Below, in pieces: positions 38,630-48,656 of a stretch of 64,000 nucleotides of DNA (its first letter is position 1; each line of letters starts with the position of its first letter). The notes under the pieces are model-generated. The model did not search any database. It saw only the letters and a program-made list of their open reading frames with translations, and had not been told where the DNA came from. Location of the stretch: NCBI GenBank assembly GCA_963816145.1, contig CAWFJP010000005.1, forward strand, positions 224,001 to 288,000, in the 5' to 3' direction. The position numbers were made by a program, and so were the translations under genes. This DNA comes from an uncultured delta proteobacterium (GTDB lineage: Bacteria > Desulfobacterota > Binatia > UBA9968).

Positions 38630-39592
38630 ATGAAAATCAGCCGTCGTAATTTCTTAACCAAGGTCACCGTCGGTGTCGCTAGCCTTTCGTTGGCGCGGGA
38701 TATCGCCTGGGCGCAGGCCAAGGGGAAGGTGGGCTACATGAAGATCGTCGATAATGCGGCGATGTTCATGGCGATGGACAAGGGTTTTTTCAAAGCCGAA
38801 GGCATCGAATTGGAGACCGTGCCGATGGCCGGGGGCGCGGTGATCGTCCAGGGGGTGACTTCGGGTGACCTGCAATTTGGCTGGACCAACGTGATTTCGC
38901 TCTATCAGGCCCATGGAGAAGGCTTCGACTTCAAGCTCATCGCCGGCGGCGCGACCAACGTGCGCGGTAGCAACGAAACCCATGCGATGATCGTCGGCAA
39001 GGATTCGCCGATCAAGAGCGCCAAGGACCTCGAAGGTAAGACCGTCGCGGTTAACACGCTCAACAATATCGTCCATTTAATGGCGCTCGCCTGGGTCGAC
39101 AAGAACGGCGGCAACTCGAGCAAGGTCAAGTTCGTCGAGATTCCGTTCCCGCAAATGGAGCCGTCTTTGGTCGCCGGCAAAGTCGATGTCATCAGTGTGC
39201 AGGAGCCGTTCGCCGCGGTGGCGGCGCGCCGGCCGGAAACTCGTGTATTAGCGAATCCCTGGGGCGATGTGTTGCCGCGTTTTCTGATCGCCAGCTGGTT
39301 TGCTTCGGATAAGTGGCTTCACAAGAACCGCGGCGTCGCGCAAGGCTTCGTGCGCGCGATCAATCGCGGTGTCGACGCCATCCGCGCCGACAGAGACGGC
39401 GCCCGCGCAGCGATGATCAAATGGGCCGGTCTCAACCCCGACTTCGCCGATAAGATCGGCTTGCCGCAATTCGACAAAGCGATCTCCGAAAAAGACGTCC
39501 AGGTAACCATGGATCTGACCTACAAATACAAAATGATTTCGAAGCCGCTCAAAGCGAAGGACGTGCTGAGCGACCTGGCAACCAAAGCGTAA
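38630..39592 (+). CDS. ABC substrate-binding protein, SsuA/NMT1-THI5 family (Tat signal)
   Basis: SRRNFL Tat motif; 'KGFFKAEGIE', 'DLEGKTVAVN', 'GKVD...EPF'. Confidence 0.85.
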   Translation: MKISRRNFLTKVTVGVASLSLARDIAWAQAKGKVGYMKIVDNAAMFMAMDKGFFKAEGIELETVPMAGGAVIVQGVTSGDLQFGWTNVISLYQAHGEGFDFKLIAGGATNVRGSNETHAMIVGKDSPIKSAKDLEGKTVAVNTLNNIVHLMALAWVDKNGGNSSKVKFVEIPFPQMEPSLVAGKVDVISVQEPFAAVAARRPETRVLANPWGDVLPRFLIASWFASDKWLHKNRGVAQGFVRAINRGVDAIRADRDGARAAMIKWAGLNPDFADKIGLPQFDKAISEKDVQVTMDLTYKYKMISKPLKAKDVLSDLATKA

Positions 39593-39596
39593 GATC

Positions 39597-39678
39597 GGAA
39601 TGGGGTGATGGAGTAGGGGAGCGATGGGTTCGGAAAACCCAACACTCCAACACTCCAGTGCCCCATTCCAACATTCCC
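39597..39678. repeat. Inverted repeat with 8-nt TGGAGT-type arms
   Basis: GGAATGGGGTGATGGAGTAGGGGAGCGATGGG ... CCCAACACTCCAACACTCCAGTGCCCCATTCCAACATTCC. Confidence 0.7.
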
Positions 39679-40455
39679 GTGGCCATCCTCGACGTTCAAT
39701 CCCTGTCAAAAAGCTACCGTCAATCCAGCGGCGAAACCACTTTGGCGGTCGGCAACATTACCTGCCAAGTGGAGGCCGGCGAGTTCGTTTCTTTCGTCGG
39801 TCCGTCGGGTTGCGGTAAGACGACATTATTGATGTCCATCGCCGGGCTGTTGGCGCCGAGTTCCGGCAGGGTGGTGGTCAACGGCAAAGAAGTCAACGGC
39901 CCACCGCCCAACCTGGTGTTGCTGTTTCAGGAGTACAATAAATCACTGTTCGCTTGGCGCTCGGTGCTCGGCAACGTGCGATTCGGTTTGGATGCGCGCG
40001 GTGATCGGTCGGCGGCGGCTGAAAGCAAGGCTCGCAAGCTGATAGAGCTGGTCGGCCTGAAGGGCTTTGATAGCCACTATCCCTGGGAACTGTCCGGCGG
40101 CATGCAGCAACGCGTGGCAATCGCCCGGGCGCTCGCCTACGAGCCGGAAGTTCTATTAATGGATGAACCGTTCGGCTCGCTCGACGCTTTGACGCGGCTG
40201 GAACTAGAAGACACACTGCTGCGCCTGTGGGCGGAACTCAAGACCACGATACTTTTCATTACCCATGATATCGAAGAAGCGATCTATCTTTCCGACCGCA
40301 TCTGGGTGCTGAGCCGGCGTCCATCGCAGATCATTCAAGAACTCAAAATCGATTTCCCCCGGCCGCGTCATCAAGTGACAACCCGCGCCGAAGGTCGTTT
40401 TATGGAACTGCGCAACGATATTTACCGGCAGATCGGCAATCAGGGAATACCGTGA
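39679..40455 (+). CDS. ABC ATP-binding protein (SsuB/TauB family)
   Basis: GPSGCGKT, LSGGMQQR, LLMDEPF, ITHD; start codon uncertain. Confidence 0.92.
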   Translation: MAILDVQSLSKSYRQSSGETTLAVGNITCQVEAGEFVSFVGPSGCGKTTLLMSIAGLLAPSSGRVVVNGKEVNGPPPNLVLLFQEYNKSLFAWRSVLGNVRFGLDARGDRSAAAESKARKLIELVGLKGFDSHYPWELSGGMQQRVAIARALAYEPEVLLMDEPFGSLDALTRLELEDTLLRLWAELKTTILFITHDIEEAIYLSDRIWVLSRRPSQIIQELKIDFPRPRHQVTTRAEGRFMELRNDIYRQIGNQGIP

Positions 40456-41231
40456 GCCGTTCGCACCCATTTAACTGGCTGGGCTGGTCAAGCTTCGCTT
40501 TGCTGCTCGTGACCTGGGAGCTGATTGCGCGGGCGACACCAAAGCTTCTGCTCTACTTCCCACCGGTGAGCCGTATTCTCGCCGCTCTTGGTCAAGCGCT
40601 CGCCACCGGTTCCATCGTTCAACATGGATTGGTTACGCTGGGCCGCTTTGCCGAAGGATACTTACTTTCCGCCGCACTGGCGGTGACATTGGGCGTGATG
40701 CTGGGTTACTTTCGATTTCTGCATAGTTTGCTGGCGACGTCGATTGAATTGCTCCGGCCCATGCCGTCGGTGGCGATCATTCCGGTGGCGATTCTTTTGC
40801 TCGGCATCGGCGACGGCATGATTGTCAGCGTCACGGTTTACGCTAGCGTCTGGCCGATTCTCATCAACACCATCGACGGTGTGCGCAGCGTCGACGCCAC
40901 CTTAATCGATACCGGCCGGACCTTTGGGCTCAATAGCTGGCGGATTCTCCGGCAGATCATTTTGCCGGGGGCGTCGCCGTATGTCGTCACCGGACTGCGC
41001 ATCGGTTTGTCGATCGCATTGATTCTCGTCACCACGGCGGAAATGATCGCCGGCAGCAGAGGATTAGGTTTTTTTATCCTCGATGAAGAACGGGCGATGA
41101 ACAGCGCCAATATGTACGCTGGCATTGTCGTCGTTGCTCTGATGGGCTACGCGCTCAATCGGCTGTTCTTGTTGCTCGAAACCCGGGCGATGAAGTGGCG
41201 CCACGGCATGATGGCGCGGCAGGTGGCGTGA
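40452..41231 (+). CDS. ABC permease (SsuC/TauC family)
   Basis: LRPMPSVAIIP, WPILINTIDGV, AEMIAGSRGLG. Confidence 0.9.
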   Translation: MSRSHPFNWLGWSSFALLLVTWELIARATPKLLLYFPPVSRILAALGQALATGSIVQHGLVTLGRFAEGYLLSAALAVTLGVMLGYFRFLHSLLATSIELLRPMPSVAIIPVAILLLGIGDGMIVSVTVYASVWPILINTIDGVRSVDATLIDTGRTFGLNSWRILRQIILPGASPYVVTGLRIGLSIALILVTTAEMIAGSRGLGFFILDEERAMNSANMYAGIVVVALMGYALNRLFLLLETRAMKWRHGMMARQVA

Positions 41232-42007
41232 TGGTGGCATTGTGGCGGTTCAAGGGTGCCGGGTTTCTGTTAACGCTATTAGCTATTTGGGAGCTTGCCG
41301 CCGATGCCGAATGGATCAACGCGCTGATCGTGCCGCTGCCCAGCAAGATCCTTAAAATATTTTTCGAGCTGGTCGCCTCGGGGCAAATTCCCATGCAGAT
41401 TCTCGTCAGCATGAAACGAGCGCTCGCCGGCTACCTGCTCGCCGCCGGGATCTTTATCCCGCTGGGAATCTTCATGGGGATATCGCCGATGATTTACCGG
41501 CTTTTCGAAGTTATCGTCGAGATGCTTCGCCCCGTGCCTCCGCCAGTGGTGATCCCGGTGGCGCTGCTGTTTTTCGGCTTGGGCGACGAGATGAAAATAT
41601 TTGTGATCTTGTTTTCTTGCGCCTGGCCGATATTGCTCAATACCATCGACGGCGTGCGCGGCGTCGACTGGGTGCTTTTGAACACGGCGAGAACTTTTCG
41701 CCTGTCACGCGTGAAAACCATTTGGCAGGTAATACTTCCGGCCAGTTTGCCACAGATCATGACGGGGCTGCGAGTCAGCTTGCCGATCATGCTGATTCTT
41801 GTGGTGATCTCGGAGATGGTCGGCAGCACCGATGGTATCGGCTATTTCGTCCTCGATTCTCAACGCCGTTTCAAGGTCGCGCAAATGTACGCCGGTATGC
41901 TCGCGCTGGCGATTTTGGGCTACATGCTTAACCAGCTTTTCAATTTGATCCAGTGGTTGCTACTGCCGTGGCATAGGGGAATGGATAATAGGAAGGATGA
42001 AGGATGA
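41231..42007 (+). CDS. ABC permease (SsuC/TauC family), second subunit
   Basis: LRPVPP, WPILLNTIDGV, SEMVGSTDGIG. Confidence 0.9.
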   Translation: MVALWRFKGAGFLLTLLAIWELAADAEWINALIVPLPSKILKIFFELVASGQIPMQILVSMKRALAGYLLAAGIFIPLGIFMGISPMIYRLFEVIVEMLRPVPPPVVIPVALLFFGLGDEMKIFVILFSCAWPILLNTIDGVRGVDWVLLNTARTFRLSRVKTIWQVILPASLPQIMTGLRVSLPIMLILVVISEMVGSTDGIGYFVLDSQRRFKVAQMYAGMLALAILGYMLNQLFNLIQWLLLPWHRGMDNRKDEG

Positions 42008-42069
42008 AGGCGGAAGGATGAAGTTCGGATTGATTCCGATTCTTCCATTATCCCTCCGCCTTCATCCTT
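41991..42069. repeat. Inverted repeat with 7-nt GGATGAA arms between convergent genes
   Basis: GGAAGGATGAAGGATGAAGGCGGAAGGATGAA ... TTCTTCCATTATCCCTCCGCCTTCATCCTT. Confidence 0.7.
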
Positions 42070-42071
42070 GT

Positions 42072-42983
42072 TTATACGATATGCATGCCGCCGCCGGGCG
42101 GCGGGGTCGGCTGGTTTTTGCCGGGCAGCCAGGGCACGTCTTTGCGCGGGCTATTGCCGATGACTTTGAACTTGGCCCGGCCCATATTGGCGAATTCGAT
42201 CTCGATGGTGTCGCCGGAGTTGACCGGCGCCAAACCTTCGTGAAATGTGCCGGTGAGGACTACGTCGCCGGGGCTGAGCGTGAGCAGCTTGGTAAGCCAA
42301 GCGATCTGGTTGGGAATCTTATGGGCCATAGCACTGGTGTTATAGTTCTGCCGTGGCTCGCCGTTGGTCCAGGATTTCACGTTGACGTTATGCGGATCGG
42401 GAATTTCATCCTTGGTGATGATCCATGGGCCGCAGCAGCCATGGGAGCCTTGGCCTTTGCCGACAAATTGGGTGCGCCGCACTAGACCGCGCGTCGAGAT
42501 GTCGAACATCGGCACATAGCCGAACACATAGTCGAGCGCTTTTTTCTCCGGCACGTCCTTGGCGGCCTTGCCCATGACGAAGGCGAATTCGGCTTCGGGT
42601 TGATAAACCACGCATGCGGGTATATCGCGCAGCTCGACTTCGCCGTCGGGGCCGACCAGGTCGGGAGATTTGTAGAAATATTCGTTGGGAAAGTTATCGG
42701 CGGTGCGCTCCGGCCGGTCAATGTAGTTGCTAAAGGCGGCGAGACATTTGCCCGGCCGCGCCAGCGGACTGCGCAACTGCACGCTCGACAGCGGCACACC
42801 GTCCTGCTCGGTTAACACCTTTTCAAACCGCTTACGGTATTTACGCCAGCCCTCGATGATCTCCTCCATCACCCGCTGCGGCCCTTTGGCTTTGCGCGCG
42901 CTGATGGTACTGCTGACATCCACGACCATGTTGTCGTTTTTGATCACACCGATCTGGTCGTCGTTAAAACGAAGAATCTTCAA
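42072..42983 (-). CDS. Fumarylacetoacetate hydrolase family protein
   Basis: PEAEFAFVMGK, YVFGY..MFDIS.R, GKG, GPWIIT.DEI, LSPGDVVLTGT; TTG start after GAGGAG. Confidence 0.85.
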   Translation of the reverse strand: MKILRFNDDQIGVIKNDNMVVDVSSTISARKAKGPQRVMEEIIEGWRKYRKRFEKVLTEQDGVPLSSVQLRSPLARPGKCLAAFSNYIDRPERTADNFPNEYFYKSPDLVGPDGEVELRDIPACVVYQPEAEFAFVMGKAAKDVPEKKALDYVFGYVPMFDISTRGLVRRTQFVGKGQGSHGCCGPWIITKDEIPDPHNVNVKSWTNGEPRQNYNTSAMAHKIPNQIAWLTKLLTLSPGDVVLTGTFHEGLAPVNSGDTIEIEFANMGRAKFKVIGNSPRKDVPWLPGKNQPTPPPGGGMHIV

Positions 42984-43187
42984 GTTAATCTCCTCTCGGC
43001 CACATTTCGGCCTATCTTTGCGACAACCGGATGGGGTTGTCAAACTGAAAATCCCGGCTGTTCGACACTGAATCGAATGAGCGAAGGAACATTTAGAGCA
43101 TCGACGCGAAACGGTGAGGAGCGCTAGACGCCGCGCAAGTAGGGTAGTATGTCGCAGCGGCGAGGATGGAACTGAAAGAACGAAGAT

Positions 43188-44180
43188 TTATTGCCCGAAT
43201 CGTTTCAGTTCCGCATTGGCACCATGAAAAAACGCGGTGTTGGGTGCACACTGATTTTTGGCAACTTGCAGTCCGGAAATGGCATCGTCTTTGGCGCCTT
43301 TGAGTAGTTTGGCCTCAGCGACGTAGAAATGGGCTTGGCATTGCCGCTCCGTCTTAAGGGTCTCGTCGGTAGCTTCGGTGGCGGCGTAAAGGGATGACTC
43401 GTCGATCTTACCTAGGTAGAATTCCAAGACCGCGGCGGGCCAGCGCTTATCTATCGACGCCCGTGTTGCCAGCTCGGCGAGCTCGCGCGCCGCACCACTA
43501 TCGTCATTGGCTTTGCCTAGGGCCAGATAGCGCCACAGACTGGCATGGCGGTTGTCGGGTCTGGTGCGGATCACTTGCTGCAGTGTCTGGGCGCTTTGGT
43601 GAAAGCGCCCTTGAAAAAATAATAGGTCGGCGAGCGGATGAGGGTCGACGGCGCTAAAGCCTAAACGCATGGCGGCTTCGTAGTCGTCCACCGCTTGATC
43701 GTAGTTGCCGGCGTCCCGGTTGGCGATGGCGCGATCACGCATAAGCAAGGCATTGTGCGGTTCGAGCGCAAGCGCTTTATCGAAGTCCTGGAGCGCGTGG
43801 CGGTAGTCGCGGCTTTCCTGGTGCGCGAGCGCGCGCTGGTGAAATGCGTTGGCGACGGAGGCATCTTGAGCAATCACGGTGTTAAAGTCCTCAATTGCTG
43901 CCGCGAACTCCTTTTTGCCGGCGAAGATCTGGCCGCGCAGAAAATAAGCCGGCGTATAGTACGGATTGACTCGGATCGCTGCGTGCAGATCGGCCAATGC
44001 GCTCTCGTAATTGTTTTGGTTGAAAAAATGCAGCGCGCGCTGGTGCAGACTGGTGGCGTCGCGCGGTTGCTCGTCGCTCGGCATCCGGTTGTGCGCCAGC
44101 TCACTTGGCACCTGGGCCAGTGCGATTTGGCTGGATTGAAGCAAAATGACGAGCAGAGGAATCACTAGAAGTCTGTGCAT
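43188..44180 (-). CDS. TPR protein, NlpI-like
   Basis: Signal peptide, several TPR repeats, C-terminal 'WPAAVLEFYLGKI...CQAHFY'. Confidence 0.75.
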   Translation of the reverse strand: MHRLLVIPLLVILLQSSQIALAQVPSELAHNRMPSDEQPRDATSLHQRALHFFNQNNYESALADLHAAIRVNPYYTPAYFLRGQIFAGKKEFAAAIEDFNTVIAQDASVANAFHQRALAHQESRDYRHALQDFDKALALEPHNALLMRDRAIANRDAGNYDQAVDDYEAAMRLGFSAVDPHPLADLLFFQGRFHQSAQTLQQVIRTRPDNRHASLWRYLALGKANDDSGAARELAELATRASIDKRWPAAVLEFYLGKIDESSLYAATEATDETLKTERQCQAHFYVAEAKLLKGAKDDAISGLQVAKNQCAPNTAFFHGANAELKRFGQ

Positions 44181-44472
44181 GGCGGCACTTATAGAGCAAC
44201 ATCAATGCCATCGAGTTTGTGAGATTCGGCCTGCCGATTGGTCGGTTTCGCTTCCTTGAAAGCGGTAAAAACCTGATAGTTTCATCGTCGTGCATCCCCA
44301 GCGGGCGAAAATTGAGGATGCTGCTGGGCAAATTTGTCAATGCTAAGGTTTGCTGATGGAGGATTCGGCCTTCACTATTTCAACGACTTGAATCTTGCAG
44401 GCGCTGGGGCGTATACAAGTTAGGCGATCCGGCAGGCGCTGCAGATCACGTTGGATCACTCTCGGAGGATGA

Positions 44473-45561
44473 ATGTTACTAATCAATAATCACGAAGTGG
44501 AAAAACTGTTTTCGATGAAAGATTGTCTGGCCGCCCTCGAAGACGGCTATGACGATCTGATGATCGGCGACGCGGTCTACCGGCCGCGGTTGGACTTGTG
44601 GATGCCTTGTGAAAGGCCGGATGGCTACTGGCGCTGGGGCACCATGGAGGGCGCGAGCCGCAAGATCGGCGTGTTCGCGATCCGCATGAAATCGGACATC
44701 GTCTACTGGCCGGGCGGCGAGACCGAAGAAAAATATTGCATGCAGCCGGGCACCTGGTGCGGTTTGGTGATGGTCTTCAGCGTGCGCAACGGCGAACCGC
44801 TGGCGATGATCAACGATGGCCTGATGCAACATATGCGGGTTGGCGGCTGCGCCGGCCTTGGGGTGAAATATCTCGCCCGCGAGGACGCTTGCGACGTCGG
44901 CATCTTCGGCTCTGGCGGCATGGCGCGCAGCTATTTGGAAGCGTTTTACGAAGTGCGCAAGCTGCGCAAGGTGAAAGTCTACAGCCCAACCAAGGCGAAC
45001 CGCGATCGATTTGCCCAGGAGATGACCGGCAAGCTCGACATCGACGTGGTCGCTGTCGACGCACCGGAAAAAGTCGTGCGCGAAGCCGACATCGTCGCAA
45101 CCTGCACGGACTCGACGCAAACGGTTTTCGACAACCCCGAATGGCTAAAGGAAGGCGCCCATATCACCTGCGTGCGCGCCTGCGAAGTCGGACCCAAAGT
45201 GATCAAGCAATGCGACCTGTCGGTCAAGCTCGGCAAAAATACCATCGAAGCGATGGACGAAGGGATGGTCCGCTTGCACGGCAACGTTGGCTACATCGCC
45301 GGCCAGCCGGAAGAGCGGGCGCGCATTCCCAATCCGGCGGTGGACAATTACAAGGGCGACTACTTCAAATACTTTATGGACGTGCGTTCCGGTAAAGTTC
45401 CCGGACGGCAAAACAATCAACAGGTGACTTTCTTCATCAACGCCGGCACCCAAGGGCTGCAATTCGCCGCCTGCGCGGGCAAAGTAGTCGAGCTAGCGAA
45501 AAAGGCCAAGGTCGGACGGGAGCTGCCGACCGAGTGGTTTTTGCAGGATATCCGCGATTAG
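44473..45561 (+). CDS. Ornithine cyclodeaminase/mu-crystallin family protein
   Basis: GEPLAMI, MRVG, GIFGSGGMA, VYSPT, ADIVATCT, GLQFAA. Confidence 0.85.
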   Translation: MLLINNHEVEKLFSMKDCLAALEDGYDDLMIGDAVYRPRLDLWMPCERPDGYWRWGTMEGASRKIGVFAIRMKSDIVYWPGGETEEKYCMQPGTWCGLVMVFSVRNGEPLAMINDGLMQHMRVGGCAGLGVKYLAREDACDVGIFGSGGMARSYLEAFYEVRKLRKVKVYSPTKANRDRFAQEMTGKLDIDVVAVDAPEKVVREADIVATCTDSTQTVFDNPEWLKEGAHITCVRACEVGPKVIKQCDLSVKLGKNTIEAMDEGMVRLHGNVGYIAGQPEERARIPNPAVDNYKGDYFKYFMDVRSGKVPGRQNNQQVTFFINAGTQGLQFAACAGKVVELAKKAKVGRELPTEWFLQDIRD

Positions 45562-45657
45562 ATAGAGAGCTGAGATAGAGATAGAGACCGGAATAAGAGC
45601 GGAGAGCAGATGCTGTTGCAAAGGCTGGGCGCTTTCTATCTCAATTCTCTATCTCTA
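45562..45657. repeat. Inverted repeat with 6-nt ATAGAG arms between convergent genes
   Basis: ATAGAGAGCTGAGATAGAGATAGAG ... CTTTCTATCTCAATTCTCTATCTCTA. Confidence 0.65.
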
Positions 45658-46026
45658 TCAGTATCCCAGATCCTCGATCTCTTCCTCGTCCATGCCGAAG
45701 TAGTGGGCGATTTCGTGCAGCACCGTGAGGCGGATTTCTTCGCGCAGTTCGTCGAGATCGGGGAAGTCTTCCAAAAGCGGTTCGGCGAAGATCGTGATCT
45801 TGTCGGGCAAGAGCGGCGGATCGAGGCTCGATCGTTCCGGCAGCGGGACGCCCTGATAAAGACCGTAAAGGGTATCTTCTTCGGGATCGAGCTCCTCGGC
45901 GAGCAGCAGATCCCGTGATGGCCGGTCTTCGACGACGATCGCGATGTTGCGCAGTTGTTCGCGAAACGGGCGCGGCAGCCGGTCGATCAGACGGGCCACT
46001 TCTTTACGAATATCGTGATGATTCAC
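45658..46026 (-). CDS. Zincin-like minimal metallopeptidase (Zincin_1 family)
   Basis: LYGLYQGVPLPER, PDKITIF, TVLHEIAHYFG; start uncertain. Confidence 0.85.
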   Translation of the reverse strand: MNHHDIRKEVARLIDRLPRPFREQLRNIAIVVEDRPSRDLLLAEELDPEEDTLYGLYQGVPLPERSSLDPPLLPDKITIFAEPLLEDFPDLDELREEIRLTVLHEIAHYFGMDEEEIEDLGY

Positions 46027-46046
46027 CGCACTTAAGTGTCTCGTAA

Positions 46047-47201
46047 ATGATTCCACGCTGCAAGCTGCCGCATCAGTTTCTCTGGCTGGCGCTAGCGCTG
46101 ACACTGGCCGGCTGCGCGGTTCCCATCACTATTCCGGTGCCGTTGGCGACGATGAGCGACGATCTCGATGTTGATTCATTACACTTGGCGATCGGCCAGA
46201 GTCTTTTTTACCTGCAAAAGTTGCCCCCGGAGCGAATCGTCGGCGAACAGCCGCGGCCGTTCACGACGCGTGAAATTCAAGAATCTCTGATCGCATTTGA
46301 TGCATTGCTCGATCAATGGCAGTGCCGTGATTGTTTAGCGCGCGCGATCGCCGTCCGTTTCGAGTTGGTTGCGTCCAGTGCTGAGCCGGAGCAGGCCGAA
46401 GTGCTTTTCACTGGTTATTACCAGCCCGTGATTGACGCCAGTTTGACACCCAGCGAAGAATTTCGTTTCCCGATCTACGGCGTGCCGCCGGATTTGGTCG
46501 CACAGGACCAAGACGGCGAAAGAAAACTCGGCAGGATCGAGAACGAAGTGCTGGTGCCGTATTATTCGCGCCGCGAGATCGACCAACTTGGAGCATTGCG
46601 CGGCCGCAATCTCGAAATCGCCTGGGTAAAAGATCCCATCGATTTGTTTTTTCTCCATATCCAGGGTTCGGGACTCCTACGCTTGCGCGATGGCCGCGAG
46701 ATCTCTGTCGGTTATGCGGCGCAGAGCGGGCTGCCTTATCGCAGTATTGGGCGCTTGCTCATCGATAACGGCAAAGTGGCCAGAGAAGAGATGTCGATGC
46801 AGCGACTACGCCGGTATCTGACTGAAAATCCGACTGAGCAGGAAGAAGTCTTTGCCTACAATGAGAGTTACGTCTTTTTCCGTGTGCTCGAAGGCGCACC
46901 CGTTGGCAGCCTCGGCGTGCCTATCACCGCCGGCCGATCCATTGCCACCGATTCGCGGTTGTTTCCGCGCGGCGCGCTGGCGCTGGTGCAGACGGATATT
47001 CCAGTTTTTGGCGCGCTGGGGGAACTTGCGGGATGGCGTCCGGTGACGCGCTTTGTGCTCAATCAAGATACCGGCGGCGCGATTCGCGGGCGACAGCGTG
47101 CCGATTACTATTTCGGCACTGGCGACGAGGCTGGTGCTCTGGCGGGTTATATGAATCGGCAGGGGCGGATGTACTTCTTAGTGCTGAAGAACCATCGATA
47201 G
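46047..47201 (+). CDS. mltA: Membrane-bound lytic murein transglycosylase A
   Basis: Lipobox LAGC; FTGYYQP, FFLHIQGSG, N.SYVFF, QDTGGAIRG, RADYYFG. Confidence 0.9.
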   Translation: MIPRCKLPHQFLWLALALTLAGCAVPITIPVPLATMSDDLDVDSLHLAIGQSLFYLQKLPPERIVGEQPRPFTTREIQESLIAFDALLDQWQCRDCLARAIAVRFELVASSAEPEQAEVLFTGYYQPVIDASLTPSEEFRFPIYGVPPDLVAQDQDGERKLGRIENEVLVPYYSRREIDQLGALRGRNLEIAWVKDPIDLFFLHIQGSGLLRLRDGREISVGYAAQSGLPYRSIGRLLIDNGKVAREEMSMQRLRRYLTENPTEQEEVFAYNESYVFFRVLEGAPVGSLGVPITAGRSIATDSRLFPRGALALVQTDIPVFGALGELAGWRPVTRFVLNQDTGGAIRGRQRADYYFGTGDEAGALAGYMNRQGRMYFLVLKNHR

Positions 47202-47353
47202 CAGCGACCGAAACAGCGATCAGCGAGGTTCAGAATGGGTCTGTTCCCCTACTTCCGCACTATCTTCGTCCTGCTCGACCCCGCGCTTTCTTCTTATAGA
47301 TACTTGAGACATACTCAATATGCGTTATTCCTAATATTCGGTGCATCGATTGC

Positions 47354-48229
47354 ATGGCTCGGCATACTGAAACACAGCGGTTGAAATGGGCATTGATCAT
47401 AAGTTCGGTCTATTTTTTCGCCGAGTTAATTGCCGGTTTTCTCACCAATAGTTTGGCGTTGTTGTCCGACGCCGGCCATATGCTATCCGATATCGGCGCA
47501 CTCGGTCTCAGTATATTCGCCTTCCGGGTCGCCAAGCGGCCGGCGACGCATCACAGCACCTATGGTTATCACCGCGTCGAGATCCTCGCGGCGCTCTTCA
47601 ACGGGCTGATGCTTTGGCTGATTGTCGGTGTCATCTTCACTTCCGCTTACAACCGATTGTTCAATCCGCCGGCGGTCGAAAGCTCCGGCATGATCGTCGT
47701 TGCGGTCTTCGGGCTATTGGTCAATATTGCCGCGGCGGCGATTCTCCACGCCGGCCATCATCACCAGAATCTCAACATGCGTGGCGCGTTCCTTCATGTC
47801 CTGAGCGACGCCGTCGGCTCGGTGGGCGCCATCGCCGCCGGCGCGATCATGCTGGCGACCGGCTGGTATCTCGCCGATCCGCTTATCAGTATTTTCATCG
47901 GCGCGTTGATCCTGTTTTCGTCCTGGAGCTTGGTGAAAGATTCGCTGAGCGTGCTTATGCAGTCGGTGCCCAAGGGTATTCATCTGGATGAAGTGCGCCA
48001 GACCATCGAAGCGGTGGACGGGGTCAACAAAGTTCACGATCTCCATGTTTGGGCGGTGACCTCGGATATCTACACGCTGAGCGCTCACGCGGTGGTGGAG
48101 AACGGCGGGGACTTTCATCAGGTATTGAATGGCATCGAGGATACCTTGAAAGAGCGCTTCAACATCGAGCACACGACCATCCAATTGGAAACCGAGAGCC
48201 GTGAAGACAAAGAGTTCAAAGACTTCTAG
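47354..48229 (+). CDS. czcD: Cation diffusion facilitator (CzcD/ZitB-like)
   Basis: SLALLSDAGHMLSD, TYGYHRVE, NMRGAFLHVLSD, VHDLHVW, HTTIQLE. Confidence 0.9.
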   Translation: MARHTETQRLKWALIISSVYFFAELIAGFLTNSLALLSDAGHMLSDIGALGLSIFAFRVAKRPATHHSTYGYHRVEILAALFNGLMLWLIVGVIFTSAYNRLFNPPAVESSGMIVVAVFGLLVNIAAAAILHAGHHHQNLNMRGAFLHVLSDAVGSVGAIAAGAIMLATGWYLADPLISIFIGALILFSSWSLVKDSLSVLMQSVPKGIHLDEVRQTIEAVDGVNKVHDLHVWAVTSDIYTLSAHAVVENGGDFHQVLNGIEDTLKERFNIEHTTIQLETESREDKEFKDF

Positions 48230-48656
48230 TGTTTTGCTCTCCCAGCCTCCAGCGCCTTTCCATGAAAGTGAAAATGTTCCTGTCAGTCGGTGTCGGCGTG
48301 TTGATCTTTGCCGGTGGCGGTGATTCGCTGCGCAATGTCTTTGGCAATCGCGACGAATTTGTCATCTCCGGCATCGTCGAAGCGGACGACAATCACGTGG
48401 GTTTCAAGGTCGGCGGACTGGTTCATAAAGCCGCTGCCACGCGATGTCAGGCGGTCACAGCCGAAGTACATGCGCGAGGCGAAGCTCTGGTAGCATTGCT
48501 GCTCTGTGAGATGAGGCGCTGATGCTGGCGGGCTTTGGGATGTCTTTCTTGATTTTGCGTTTGCGCCGTTTCAAAAATCACTTGAGCTAGTCGTCCTTAC
48601 TGGCGCTCGGAATTCCAGATTCAAAATTTGAGATTTCAAAACCCGGCAATGAATCG

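Noticed and set aside
48229-48575. Short ORFs on both strands between czcD and the MFS gene
   Set aside because: No recognisable motif or convincing RBS; may be a decayed gene but cannot be supported
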